Under the pieces are notes generated by a model. The model was given only the letters and a program-made list of their open reading frames with translations, was not told the DNA's origin and did not search any database. A DNA stretch of 32,000 nucleotides. Origin: Candidatus Saccharimonadota bacterium (lineage in GTDB: Bacteria > Patescibacteriota > Saccharimonadia > Saccharimonadales > Saccharimonadaceae). Below, in pieces: positions 1 through 9,036 of the stretch. The number at the start of each line of letters is the position of its first letter. Positions within the stretch are counted from its first letter, which is position 1. The position numbers and the translations under genes are program-made. Location: positions 60,001 to 92,000 of the forward strand of contig DIRZ01000003.1 in NCBI GenBank assembly GCA_002421785.1. Direction: 5' to 3'.

Positions 1-1098
1 AACTGCTTTTTGAACGCGAAGCAACGTTGCGTTAGCAACATCATTCATGGCGCGTTCGCTTGATTCGAGTTTAGCTACTATCGCTTCATCATTGACGTCA
101 GCCAAGCGTTCCTGGAAGCCGCGCAAAAAGGCTGCCATCTCCTCGGCAACGACTTTTTTGAAGTCACCGTAGCGTTCCTGTCCTTCGAACTCTGCCGCAA
201 CTTCGGCAACTGGCTTACCGCGCAAAAGCGCAAGGATATCCAGTAGGTTGCTAATGCCTGGTTGTGTGGTTTTGTCGTAATGAATGCTCGCGAGGTTGTC
301 GGTAGTAGCACCCATGATTTTTTTGACCGCTTCTTCAGGGCTGTCGCTCAGGAATATCACGCCCTTGCCTGTTTCATCGCTTTTGCTCATTTTTTTGCTT
401 GGGTCGAGCAGGTCTTTGATGCGTAGGCCTTGGTCTTTGCCAAAGAATTCGTGTTGCTTGGCAACAGGTTCTGGCACGACGAACAATTCACCGAACTTGC
501 TATTCATACGCTCTGCGATATCGCGGGTAAATTCAAGGTGCTGCGTTTGATCGTCGCCAACGGGCACGTACTGCGCGTTATAGAGCAAGATATCGCTTGC
601 CATGAGGACCGGGTAGTCGAACAAGCCAACACTCACTGTACCCGCATTGTTCAAAAGTTGCATAGTTGCTTTGCGGGTTTCTCTATCAACAACATCCAGC
701 GCCCCCGCCTCTTTTAAGGTGGTATTTGCAAACTTCGCAGACTTGTCTTTGAATTGTGTCATGCGGCTCATTTCACCAAATCCAGTAAAGCTGTTTAGGA
801 TAATAGTTAACTCACTGTGCGCGGGCACGTAACTCTGGCGGTAAAGGTGGATGGAGTCGTTATCAAGGGGCAAGCCGGCTGCTGCATATACCCGGGCATT
901 ATTCATAATTGATTCATATAGCTTGCTGTGATCAACGGGTGTCGTGAAGCTATGGAGGTCAGGGATGAAAAAGTTGACATCATATTCTGCTGAGCGAGTT
1001 TTCGCCATATCGATAATCGGCATCATCGCGCCAAAATAGTTACCGATATGGAGGTCGTTGTTGGCACGTATGCCGGTGAGAATTACTGGTTTAGTCAT
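1..1098 (-). CDS. trpS: tryptophan--tRNA ligase, C-terminal end runs off the left edge
   Basis: My translation from the ATG at 1098 gives MTKPVILTGIRANNDLHIGNYFGA..., with a class-I HIGH-type motif (HIGN) and a KMSKS loop (PSKKMSKSD). The frame stays open to base 1 (366 codons). It is missing from the ORF track because it is partial. Confidence 0.9.
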   Translation of the reverse strand, partial: MTKPVILTGIRANNDLHIGNYFGAMMPIIDMAKTRSAEYDVNFFIPDLHSFTTPVDHSKLYESIMNNARVYAAAGLPLDNDSIHLYRQSYVPAHSELTIILNSFTGFGEMSRMTQFKDKSAKFANTTLKEAGALDVVDRETRKATMQLLNNAGTVSVGLFDYPVLMASDILLYNAQYVPVGDDQTQHLEFTRDIAERMNSKFGELFVVPEPVAKQHEFFGKDQGLRIKDLLDPSKKMSKSDETGKGVIFLSDSPEEAVKKIMGATTDNLASIHYDKTTQPGISNLLDILALLRGKPVAEVAAEFEGQERYGDFKKVVAEEMAAFLRGFQERLADVNDEAIVAKLESSERAMNDVANATLLRVQKAV

Positions 1099-1109
1099 AG
1101 TTGTTTCCA

Positions 1110-1814
1110 TTATAGCGTAATTTCCTCTGGCATGCTCGCCTTAAAGCCTAGGTAGTCGGTTAGTTTCTTGTATGAATTCTCTCCTGTCATGATGGGCACA
1201 AAGCCAAGAGCGTTCATTTCGAAGTTGACAAAGGTTGTCGCTTGCTCGGACGTCACCTCATTTTTGTAGATTTTATCGATCATCGTGAAGTGCTGTTTTG
1301 CGATATGTGGTGCATTGCCATCTATGAAGTTGTGTAGATCCTGACTTATGGCGTCGAGTACTGCGGAGGTAATGTGGTGGTTTGGCACTTCATATCCAAT
1401 GACATTGTCGCCGAGCGTTGCGACATCGCTGAGCGAGTGGACTGTCAGGATAGTATCGATATGGCTGGCGCCCAGGAAGCGTCGTCGCATTGCCCCGTCG
1501 AGTCCACCCACGATGAGGCAGTTTGGCTGCTGGCAACTGGTCGTGTGCATGTCGAGTACGACATCGGGCTTAGTGTGCCCAATGTAGTCGCTAATCTCGC
1601 GGGCACGCTGTTCTTCGTAGCGTGTGCCCCTGCTGCCGTAGCTACGGTTTAGGTCGCAGTCAATGTAGCGCGTCCGTGCAGCGAGCGCGCGCGGGTTGGC
1701 AATAATGAAATCGATATACTCGAGTAGCGGGGAGCGCTGCTGCAGAAGCCGTTGGTACAGCTTGATACCGAGCAACTCGTTGCCGTGTGTTGCGGCGATG
1801 ATGAGAATTTTCAT
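1110..1814 (-). CDS. succinylglutamate desuccinylase/aspartoacylase (AstE/AspA) family zinc hydrolase, short form
   Basis: 234 aa. Motifs ATHGNELLG, DLNRSY and DMHTT match the metal-ligand pattern I recall for the AstE/AspA (M14-like) family. It lies 11 nt upstream of trpS. Confidence 0.6.
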   Translation of the reverse strand: MKILIIAATHGNELLGIKLYQRLLQQRSPLLEYIDFIIANPRALAARTRYIDCDLNRSYGSRGTRYEEQRAREISDYIGHTKPDVVLDMHTTSCQQPNCLIVGGLDGAMRRRFLGASHIDTILTVHSLSDVATLGDNVIGYEVPNHHITSAVLDAISQDLHNFIDGNAPHIAKQHFTMIDKIYKNEVTSEQATTFVNFEMNALGFVPIMTGENSYKKLTDYLGFKASMPEEITL

Positions 1815-1850
1815 GGAGTGATTGTCTTTCTGGTAAGTATTGATAATGAT

Positions 1851-1873
1851 AAAAAGTCGCCTAATGCGGCGAC
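1851..1873 (-). terminator. rho-independent terminator downstream of the hydrolase gene
   Basis: GTCGCC (1856-1861) pairs with GGCGAC (1868-1873) around a 6-nt loop. The A-run at 1851-1855 reads as a U-run on the minus strand. Confidence 0.5.
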
Positions 1874-1981
1874 CAACTGTCTTTAGAGAAGAAAATCACC
1901 AAGAACACAGGCCGCCACACGCAGTTCCTGGACCCCAGTACCGATGATTGTGTATGCAGCTCATATTACTATTATACGACG

Positions 1982-2848
1982 CTATTGTGCTTGTGTCGAT
2001 ACCCTCGTTGGCTTCACGTTCGCTATAGACCGCTCGATTGTTTTTACGACCTTTGATTCTAGTAAGCCTTTAATTTCATGGCCAGCGATAACAGATGACC
2101 ATGTGATGCTCGGGTATTCTTTTGCTAGCCTGCGAACTGTTGATTCATTGATAAATGGATCGAGTTTTCCGGTGAGGATGGTCGTTGGTTTTTTGAGCCG
2201 TATAAGGTCGCGCATAGAGGTTTGGTTGATAATTGCTGTTTCGAGCGTACCGAGAAAGGTCGGTAAATCGATACGTGATACATCAAACCCTTGATTCACG
2301 AGCTTATATTGCGAAGCAAGGACGAATAGCTTAGCAAGGGAATCTGGATGGCTACTGATGGCTGCATGGACATTCTGAAGCATTCTGCGCGGATGATACA
2401 CGATGGTTGACTTGGGCTCCCTATCGATGTCGTATAGCGGCGGACTAACGAGAATGAGCTCGCGCGTCATTATGGGGTATCTGCGTGCAAATTCGATGGC
2501 AACCAGGGCTCCGAGCGAATGGCCGGCGATGATGACAGGGCCGGTAATTCGCATTGCAAATAACGTGGTGGCGATACTATCTGCCTGGATACGGGCACTG
2601 TAGGTGTTCCAAGCGGGTTTTGGCGATTTGCCGAACCCAAGTAGGTCTAGTGCGATAACCCGTGAATGTGCGGGTAACTTCGATGCAGTGTTGTCCCACA
2701 TTGCTGTTGAGCTACCGATGCCATGAAGCAAGATGACGGTCGCTGCGTATTGCTTGGGAGCCTGGTAGTGAACAGTGTGTAAAATATATGGCGCTTTAAG
2801 CCATTTGTGAAGAAGTTTTTGCCACATACTCTTAGTATACGTTGTCAC
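1982..2848 (-). CDS. alpha/beta-fold hydrolase
   Basis: 288 aa with the HG oxyanion motif (LLHGIGSS) and the nucleophile elbow GHSLGA. The start is ambiguous: GTG at 2848, or ATG at 2827 preceded by TATACT-N6. Confidence 0.7.
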   Translation of the reverse strand: MTTYTKSMWQKLLHKWLKAPYILHTVHYQAPKQYAATVILLHGIGSSTAMWDNTASKLPAHSRVIALDLLGFGKSPKPAWNTYSARIQADSIATTLFAMRITGPVIIAGHSLGALVAIEFARRYPIMTRELILVSPPLYDIDREPKSTIVYHPRRMLQNVHAAISSHPDSLAKLFVLASQYKLVNQGFDVSRIDLPTFLGTLETAIINQTSMRDLIRLKKPTTILTGKLDPFINESTVRRLAKEYPSITWSSVIAGHEIKGLLESKVVKTIERSIANVKPTRVSTQAQ

Positions 2849-2868
2849 CGGTAAAGTGTGTAGTGTGG

Positions 2869-3804
2869 CTAGCCTCGCGCCATCAGATAATCAAGCAGCG
2901 CCATGCGGGCGTATAAACCATTGCCTGCCTGTCGGAAGTAGAGCGCGCGCGGGTCGCGGTCGACATCTGTCGTAATCTCACCGACGCGCGGCAAGGGGTG
3001 CATAATAATGGCGCTCGGGTTCATGACGTCAAGCACGTTCTGATCAATCACGAACTCTTCATCCTGCATCGACTCACCGGGGTCGAACCGTTCTTTTTGT
3101 AGCCTTGTCCAGTAGACGACGTCTGCTTGCTTGACCGAATCGTGTACGTTATCTGACTCACGAAACGAGGTGCCTGCCTGGGTAAGTTCCTGCTTGATGT
3201 CATCGGCGATGCGAAATGATGGTGTAGAAACGAAGGTAACGTCGTTGCCTGGGTACAGCGCGAGTAGACGCGCTAGTGACCGTGCTGTGCGGCCCTGACG
3301 CAAATCACCGCCTATCGTGACACTCAGGTCGTTGAGCCGTCCGAAATGCTCGTAGATAGTGTAGCTGTCGAGGAGCGCCTGAGTTGGATGCTCCCCTTTC
3401 CCATCACCGGCGTTAATAATTGCCATGTGGTCTGCCGCTACCGCAGCGGCACGCGCAGCTGCGCCAGTTTCGGGATGCCGAATGACGAGTGCGTCGACAT
3501 GATAATTGTTGAACATCTGTATGGTATCTTCGAGCGTTTCACCCTTGGCTGCGCTGGAAAATTCTTTGGCGTTTTCGGTTTGATCTTTGCCGATGCCTAG
3601 CTTGGCCGCAGCAAGACCAAAGCTGCTACGAGTTCGAGTGGACGGTTCATAAAAAAGCGAGTACATTTGCCTGCCGATATGTCGAGAAGCTAGTTCGCGG
3701 CGTTCGTCAATAGTACCGTTGTCTAGGCGGCGCATCTCGCTTGTTTTGTCAAAAAAATAACCCAGATTTTCTGGGCTGAAGTCCTTCGTTGAAATAATAT
3801 TCAT
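2869..3804 (-). CDS. pyrB: aspartate carbamoyltransferase catalytic subunit
   Basis: Motifs STRTRSSF, VIRHPETGAA, HPTQALLD, GDLRQGRTARS and HPLPR fit ATCase rather than OTCase, which has HCLP. The first ATG is at 3804; the ORF-track start at 3819 is a TTG. Confidence 0.85.
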   Translation of the reverse strand: MNIISTKDFSPENLGYFFDKTSEMRRLDNGTIDERRELASRHIGRQMYSLFYEPSTRTRSSFGLAAAKLGIGKDQTENAKEFSSAAKGETLEDTIQMFNNYHVDALVIRHPETGAAARAAAVAADHMAIINAGDGKGEHPTQALLDSYTIYEHFGRLNDLSVTIGGDLRQGRTARSLARLLALYPGNDVTFVSTPSFRIADDIKQELTQAGTSFRESDNVHDSVKQADVVYWTRLQKERFDPGESMQDEEFVIDQNVLDVMNPSAIIMHPLPRVGEITTDVDRDPRALYFRQAGNGLYARMALLDYLMARG

Positions 3805-3883
3805 ATATGTATCATACAACGTGCTTATGCTACCGGCAACTGCCCGGCTGGCCCCCTAGCACCAAAAGAGCTATAGTAACACT
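3805..3883. promoter_or_regulatory. divergent promoter region; both -10 boxes lie 6 nt from their ATG (leaderless geometry)
   Basis: Minus strand: TATGAT (3811-3816), 6 nt, then the pyrB ATG at 3804. Plus strand: TATAGT (3872-3877), 6 nt, then the ATG at 3884. Neither gene has a Shine-Dalgarno. The -35 elements are weak (TTGCCG for pyrB). Confidence 0.45.
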
Positions 3884-4777
3884 ATGAAGATATTTTCAGT
3901 TGCGGTGTTGATATATAATCCCAAAAGCACGGGCGATGCTGAACCAAAGGCAAAAGTAGTCGCTAAAGAGCTTGAGGCACTGGGGCTGCGGACGGTGCTT
4001 TCTCCTACCCGACATGCTGGTCATGCCATCACTTTGGCGCGAGAGGCTGCGCTTAGCAGTCCGCGACCTCTCATTGTATCGGTGAGCGGAGATGGCGGGT
4101 ACAACGAGGTTATAAATGGCGTGATGTCAGCATTGGAGAAGTCTTCGCAGGTCCGGCCCGTCGTGGCGGTTGTGGCCGCAGGAAATGCCAATGACCATAA
4201 GCGCACGATGCGCGATGATGTGTCGCTGGCCGAGCTGGTTCGCACCAAGAAAGTAAAGCCGCTCGATTTATTGCGCCTGACGGTGCGGTATGATAGCGAA
4301 ATTGTTCAGCGGTATGCTCACTCCTATATTGGACTTGGGCTTTCCGCTGAGGGTGGTAAGGCTATAAATGAAAGCGAGAAGGGCGGTTTACACGAGGCAA
4401 ATGCAATTTTGCAAACACTTCGCAACCACGAGCCGTTCATGGTACGCCGTCCAATGGGCTGGCGTCGCTACGATAGCCTCGTATTTGCAAATATTCCTGA
4501 GATGGCGAAAGTTATTAAATTAAGCAAACATCGCCGAGTTCGCGATGGTCAATTTGATGTGCTTGCGATCCCCCACCATTCTTGGTGGAACGTCGCCGTT
4601 ACACTCCTTAAATCTGTTGTGGGTGTTCACCCCGGCGCAAAGCGTCGTAGACATTTCGATGCGCATGTGCGCAATTGCCCACTCATTCAGCTCGATGGCG
4701 AGGTTATCGAAGTGCCAAAGGAATATCACCTTCAAATTGCTGTACGTAAGCGGGTGCTTGAATCGTTATATGACTAG
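3884..4777 (+). CDS. diacylglycerol kinase-family lipid kinase (YegS/DagK-like)
   Basis: 297 aa. SVSGDGGYNEVINGV matches the GDG(T/G) catalytic-domain motif of the DAGK_cat family, and AAGNANDH follows it. Confidence 0.7.
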   Translation: MKIFSVAVLIYNPKSTGDAEPKAKVVAKELEALGLRTVLSPTRHAGHAITLAREAALSSPRPLIVSVSGDGGYNEVINGVMSALEKSSQVRPVVAVVAAGNANDHKRTMRDDVSLAELVRTKKVKPLDLLRLTVRYDSEIVQRYAHSYIGLGLSAEGGKAINESEKGGLHEANAILQTLRNHEPFMVRRPMGWRRYDSLVFANIPEMAKVIKLSKHRRVRDGQFDVLAIPHHSWWNVAVTLLKSVVGVHPGAKRRRHFDAHVRNCPLIQLDGEVIEVPKEYHLQIAVRKRVLESLYD

Positions 4778-4787
4778 CCAAATAAGC

Positions 4788-4813
4788 AAATATCCCCTCG
4801 TAAGGGGATATTT
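4788..4813. terminator. bidirectional hairpin terminator between convergent genes
   Basis: ATATCCCCT (4790-4798), loop CGTA, AGGGGATAT (4803-4811). The hairpin is flanked by an A-run and a T-run, and sits between the lipid kinase (+) and rpsI (-). Confidence 0.8.
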
Positions 4814-4829
4814 GTTATGCGATGTACGC

Positions 4830-5231
4830 TTAGCGCTTTGAGTATTGTTCGCGCTTACGAGCACTGCGAAGGCCGTATTTCTTGCGTTCTTTTTCGCGTG
4901 GATCGCGACGCAATAGTTCTGCTTTCTTGAGCGTGCTTCGAAGATCAGGCGCGCCAACGGTGATTGCTTTTGCAATCGCCATTTTAATAGCGTCTACTTG
5001 ACCTGCGAGTCCACCACCGCTGACGCGGATAGTGACATCAAACTCCTGCTGTTTACCAACCAGCGCAAGCGGGTCAGTAATTTCAGCGAGCATTGTTTTG
5101 TTGCCTGACAAGTAGTCGGCAGCTGGCTTGTCGTTAATTGTCACATTGCCCTTGCCCTTGATTAGGCGAGCGCGTGCTGTGGCGGCTTTACGACGGCCAA
5201 GACCGTAGTCGTATGTTTTAGCATCAGCCAT
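4830..5231 (-). CDS. rpsI: 30S ribosomal protein S9
   Basis: 133 aa. GGGLAGQVDAIKMAIAKA and the C-terminal ...ARKREQYSKR are typical of uS9. It follows rplM. Confidence 0.95.
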   Translation of the reverse strand: MADAKTYDYGLGRRKAATARARLIKGKGNVTINDKPAADYLSGNKTMLAEITDPLALVGKQQEFDVTIRVSGGGLAGQVDAIKMAIAKAITVGAPDLRSTLKKAELLRRDPREKERKKYGLRSARKREQYSKR

Positions 5232-5232
5232 A

Positions 5233-5670
5233 TTACTTTACCTCAACTTTCTCAGGTTTTTGAGCCGCGTGGGCGTGTTCGCTGCCTGCAAAAATCTTGA
5301 GGCGAGCCATTCGCTCTGGGCTTAGTTTGTTCTTTGGGAGCATCCCGCGAACAGCAGCTTCAATGATGCGCTCTGGGAACTTCTCGCGAACTTCCTTCAG
5401 CTGCGCGTCCTTGATACCACCTGGGAATCCTGAGTGGCGGTAATAAATCTTATCGGTTTCTTTCGCACCTGTAACCGGCACTTCAGCAGCATTGATAACG
5501 ACGACATAGTCACCGCTGTCGATGTGTGGTGTGTAGGTAGGCTTGTATTTGCCAATAAGATACTTAGCAATTTGTGTGCTTAGTCGGCCAAGCGTTGCAT
5601 CTTTTGCGTCGATGAGAATCCATCGGCGTTCGATTTCGCTGGTTTTCTGTGAATAGGTTTTACCGGCCAT
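5233..5670 (-). CDS. rplM: 50S ribosomal protein L13
   Basis: 145 aa with the uL13 signature WILIDAKDATLGRLSTQIAKYLIGK. Confidence 0.95.
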   Translation of the reverse strand: MAGKTYSQKTSEIERRWILIDAKDATLGRLSTQIAKYLIGKYKPTYTPHIDSGDYVVVINAAEVPVTGAKETDKIYYRHSGFPGGIKDAQLKEVREKFPERIIEAAVRGMLPKNKLSPERMARLKIFAGSEHAHAAQKPEKVEVK

Positions 5671-5672
5671 GA

Positions 5673-6113
5673 TTAGTTGGCCTCCTTCTTAGCTGCTGGC
5701 TTTTTTGCCGCCGCAGGTTTAGCTGTTACCGTTTCGGGCTTAGCGACTGCTTTGAGTTCGTCTACGAACTCAACAACAGCCATCTGAGCGCCGTCACCAA
5801 CGCGAAGGCGGGTGCGTACAACGCGGATGTGACCGCTTGTGCGACCAGTTAGCTGTGGTGCAATCACGTCAACGAGCTTAAAAGCTGCGATTTGAGTAGA
5901 AAGTCCAGCAATAACCATACGTCGATTTGCGAGGTCACCGCGCTTTGCTTTGGTGATTAATTTTTCAATGTACCGTACGAGCTCTTTGGCTTTAGGAAGT
6001 GTGGTTTCAATCCGCTCTTCCATCACTAGACTAGTAGCGAGGCCTTTCACCAGCGCACGGCGTTGGTCAGTTTCCCGACCGAACTTGCGTCCTTTATATC
6101 CGTGACGATGCAT
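5673..6113 (-). CDS. rplQ: 50S ribosomal protein L17
   Basis: 146 aa starting MHRHGYKGRKFGRETDQRRALVKGLATSLV. It follows rpoA and has a Lys/Ala-rich C-terminal tail. Confidence 0.95.
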   Translation of the reverse strand: MHRHGYKGRKFGRETDQRRALVKGLATSLVMEERIETTLPKAKELVRYIEKLITKAKRGDLANRRMVIAGLSTQIAAFKLVDVIAPQLTGRTSGHIRVVRTRLRVGDGAQMAVVEFVDELKAVAKPETVTAKPAAAKKPAAKKEAN

Positions 6114-7037
6114 TTAAAGCTCCAGTTCTGCGAGTTTATCTTTAACTTCGTCAAGCGCTTTGCTGCCGAAGCCCTTAAGCTCACGTAGGTCTTGTTCGCT
6201 GAGCGTTACAAGATCGTGGACAGTGCGAATATCGTTGTTGATAAGCGCGTTGGCTGTACGTGCACTAAGGTTTAATTCTTCAATTGGGGTGTTGAGTTCG
6301 CTTGTTTCGTCGTCAACTTGAGTACCGAGGGCAGGTGCTGACTCAACAGTTGTTGCGCCGGCAAGTGCCGAGTACTGGTTAACGAGGATAGCACTTGCTT
6401 CCTCAAACGCTTCGCGTGGTGACAATGTACCGTCTGTTTCGACAGTCATTTCGAGCTTGTCGAGGTTGGTTTCTTGGCCAACGCGAGTTGGGTCGACTTT
6501 GAAGCGTACGCGAGTTACTGGGCTAAACATTGCATCAAGCGCGATCATGTCGCTGTGGACACGGGATTTACTTGATTCTTCGATAGCGTGGTAACCACGG
6601 CCTGCTTCGACCACAAGGTCAATGACGACAGTTTTCTTTGGGTCGTCAATAGTACAGATGACTTGCTCTGGGTTCAAGATTTCGACATCAGCGTTCGCCT
6701 TGATATCAGCAGCGGTGACTTCACCGGCGCCCTTCTTCTCAAGACGGAGTTCAACTGGTTCGTCACTGTGAACCTTTACATTTACACCCTTGAGGTTCAG
6801 CATGATGTCGACGACATCTTCCTGAACACCAGCAACGGTAGTAAATTCGTGGGTTGCACCTTCAATGCGGAAAGCGACAATTGCACCACCACGAATGCTC
6901 GAAAGCAGAACGCGGCGAAGGCTGTTGCCTAGCGTGTTGCCGTAACCGGCGTGAAGGGGTTCGATGACAAACGTGGTTGCGTTTGTGTCGGTGTCTTCAA
7001 CTCGTGAGAGCGCTGGATTGTGAATTACTTTAGACAT
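6114..7037 (-). CDS. rpoA: DNA-directed RNA polymerase subunit alpha
   Basis: 307 aa. N-terminal domain GNTLGNSLRRVLLSSI and C-terminal domain LNLSARTANALINNDI. It sits in the canonical rpsD-rpoA-rplQ context. Confidence 0.95.
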   Translation of the reverse strand: MSKVIHNPALSRVEDTDTNATTFVIEPLHAGYGNTLGNSLRRVLLSSIRGGAIVAFRIEGATHEFTTVAGVQEDVVDIMLNLKGVNVKVHSDEPVELRLEKKGAGEVTAADIKANADVEILNPEQVICTIDDPKKTVVIDLVVEAGRGYHAIEESSKSRVHSDMIALDAMFSPVTRVRFKVDPTRVGQETNLDKLEMTVETDGTLSPREAFEEASAILVNQYSALAGATTVESAPALGTQVDDETSELNTPIEELNLSARTANALINNDIRTVHDLVTLSEQDLRELKGFGSKALDEVKDKLAELEL

Positions 7038-7057
7038 ATTATATCTCCTTACCCTTT

Positions 7058-7675
7058 TTAGCGTGAGTAGAACTCAACAATTAGCTGCTCGTTAATATCT
7101 TGTTCTGCTTCTTCGCGCTTTGGTGCACCAGTCACTTCAATCTTTAGCTTCTTGACGTCGCCTTTTACCCAGCTCAGGGGTGCCTGAACTGTGTTGCCGA
7201 ATACGTCGTTGATTTGGCTGAAGTAACCTGATTTGGTGCTCTTTGGGCGAACGGTAATTTCGTCACCAGCCTTTACGCGGATTGATGGAATGTCAACGCG
7301 GCGGCCGTTAAGCAGGAAGTGGCCGTGGCTCACAAGTTGCCTTGCGCCACGTCGACTTGTTGCAAAGCCTGCGCGGTAGACGGTGTTGTCAAGTCGGAGT
7401 TCGAGGAACTGAAGCAGGTTTTCACCTGCAAGTCCTGGACGACGACTTGCTTCATTCATCAATTTTGCAAACTGCTTTTCAAGCAGACCGTACATGCGTC
7501 GCACTTTTTGCTTCTCGCGAAGCTGTGTTGCATACATGCTTTGTTTGCCCTGACGCCCCTGACCGTGCTGGCCTGGAATGCCGCTCTTTCGAGCCATGAT
7601 TTTGTGTGCTTTAGGGTGAAGTGCGACACCTTCGCGGCGACTCTGCTTCACAATTGGAGAAGTATCTCGTGCCAT
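7058..7675 (-). CDS. rpsD: 30S ribosomal protein S4
   Basis: 205 aa with the S4 RNA-binding domain RLDNTVYRAGFATSRRGARQLVSHGHF. Confidence 0.95.
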   Translation of the reverse strand: MARDTSPIVKQSRREGVALHPKAHKIMARKSGIPGQHGQGRQGKQSMYATQLREKQKVRRMYGLLEKQFAKLMNEASRRPGLAGENLLQFLELRLDNTVYRAGFATSRRGARQLVSHGHFLLNGRRVDIPSIRVKAGDEITVRPKSTKSGYFSQINDVFGNTVQAPLSWVKGDVKKLKIEVTGAPKREEAEQDINEQLIVEFYSR

Positions 7676-7678
7676 AGG

Positions 7679-8083
7679 TTATGCCCTTCGTGCCTTACGT
7701 GGACGGACGCCACCATGAGGAACGCCAGTCACATCTTTAATACTATTGACGGCAATATCGAAATTGCCAAGTGCGCGGATCGCCGCGTCGCGGCCAAGGC
7801 CAACGCCCTTGACGAAAACGTCAACGGTGTGGATACCATAGCCACTCTTTACAGCTTCTGAAGCTTTTTCGGCAGCAACCTGGCTCGCATATGCGGTGCC
7901 TTTTTTGCTACCACGGAAGCCGCAAGCGCCAGCACTACTCGTAGCAAGTACATTGCCTTTGCTATCTGCAAATGTGACGATCGTGTTGTTAAATGTTGCC
8001 TGAATGTGCAGCTGACCAGATGGGACTGATCGGCGCTGCTTTTTCTTGTTGCTAGGTTTGCTAGCTGTATTAGCGTCTGCCAT
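7679..8083 (-). CDS. rpsK: 30S ribosomal protein S11
   Basis: 134 aa with IQATFNNTIVTFADSKGNVLA...GFRGSKKGT. Confidence 0.95.
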   Translation of the reverse strand: MADANTASKPSNKKKQRRSVPSGQLHIQATFNNTIVTFADSKGNVLATSSAGACGFRGSKKGTAYASQVAAEKASEAVKSGYGIHTVDVFVKGVGLGRDAAIRALGNFDIAVNSIKDVTGVPHGGVRPRKARRA

Positions 8084-8095
8084 ATCTGTCCTTTC

Positions 8096-8482
8096 CTACG
8101 TCTTACTCGCTGCTTTAGGTTGTGCTCCACCAACGGCGACTGCTTTACCCTTGCGAGTTCGTGCATTCGTTCGGGTTCGTTGACCGCGAGTTGGAAGTCC
8201 AGACTTGTGCCGAAGACCGCGATACGCGTTGATGTCTTTGAGGCGTTTGATATTGTTGGTCACCAGGCGTTGTAAGTCGCCTTCGGTCGTATAATCGGCA
8301 TCGATTATCTCGCGAATGCGTTGTTCTTCAGCCTCGGTGAGATCTTTCACCCGAGTGGTCGGCTCTACTTTAGCCGCCGCAAGGATGGTCGAAGAGTGCT
8401 TGGGACCGATGCCGTATATATACGTCAAAGCGATCTGCACCTGCTTCTCTGCGGGTATGACTACCCCAGAAATTCGAGCCAT
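8096..8482 (-). CDS. rpsM: 30S ribosomal protein S13
   Basis: 128 aa starting [26 protein letters not shown]. Confidence 0.95.
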   Translation of the reverse strand: MARISGVVIPAEKQVQIALTYIYGIGPKHSSTILAAAKVEPTTRVKDLTEAEEQRIREIIDADYTTEGDLQRLVTNNIKRLKDINAYRGLRHKSGLPTRGQRTRTNARTRKGKAVAVGGAQPKAASKT

Positions 8483-8484
8483 GC

Positions 8485-8601
8485 TTAACCCTGCCTTTGC
8501 TTATTCTTAGGTTTTTTCTTGTTGATGACACGGAGGCGCCCTTTACGGCGGACCAGCTGGTCATCTGGGCTGATCTTTTTGACACTCGCACGAACTTTCA
8601 T
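8485..8601 (-). CDS. rpmJ: 50S ribosomal protein L36
   Basis: My translation gives [38 protein letters not shown] (38 aa), too short for the ORF track. It sits in the canonical infA-rpmJ-rpsM position. Confidence 0.9.
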   Translation of the reverse strand: MKVRASVKKISPDDQLVRRKGRLRVINKKKPKNKQRQG

Positions 8602-8674
8602 GAGCGTAAAAACTCCTTCAGGAAAAACCTGCATTAATGAGAAACTGAATGATATCTGTTCAGATTCTACGTTA

Positions 8675-8899
8675 TTAATCTCTTGCGCGGAAAACGATTC
8701 TGCCCTTCGTAAGATCGTAGGGGGTCAACTCGACTTCCACGGTATCGCCTGGTACCAAACGGATATAATGTTTTCGCATTTTGCCGCTTATGTGAGCGAT
8801 AATACTTAGGCCATTCTCAAGTTCGACCTTAAACTGAGTATTAGGTAGTGCTTCCACTACCTTACCTTTTAGTTTAATTACTTCCTTTTGACTCGCCAT
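8675..8899 (-). CDS. infA: translation initiation factor IF-1
   Basis: 74 aa with the S1-like OB sequence [20 protein letters not shown]...[14 protein letters not shown]. Confidence 0.95.
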   Translation of the reverse strand: MASQKEVIKLKGKVVEALPNTQFKVELENGLSIIAHISGKMRKHYIRLVPGDTVEVELTPYDLTKGRIVFRARD

Positions 8900-8915
8900 A
8901 GATATACAGCTTCGT

Positions 8916-8944
8916 ATTATAGAGGAGATGACGGCAAATGTAAA
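8916..8944 (-). promoter_or_regulatory. sigma70-type promoter for the infA-rpmJ-rpsM...rpsI unit
   Basis: On the minus strand: TTTACA (8939-8944), 17 nt, TATAAT (8916-8921). The -10 box ends 16 nt before the infA ATG, and there is no SD in between. Confidence 0.65.
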
Positions 8945-9036
8945 CAGATATTTAAGATTTCGCAGATGTTTGTTTCTGCCTGATTCTTCCTCTATTTTAC
9001 CCCACAGTCTGTATTCGTCAAGTCTTTGGCTCTACG

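Noticed and set aside
7319-7861. 180-aa plus-strand ORF antisense to rpsD/rpsK
   Set aside because: It lies entirely opposite two highly conserved ribosomal protein genes. The sequence is Cys/Leu-rich and low in information, and no SD or promoter is present. It is a typical shadow ORF.
8370-8591. 73-aa ORF-track entry covering the rpmJ region
   Set aside because: It is in a different frame from the canonical 38-aa L36 (MKVRASVKK...), which fits the infA-rpmJ-rpsM position exactly.
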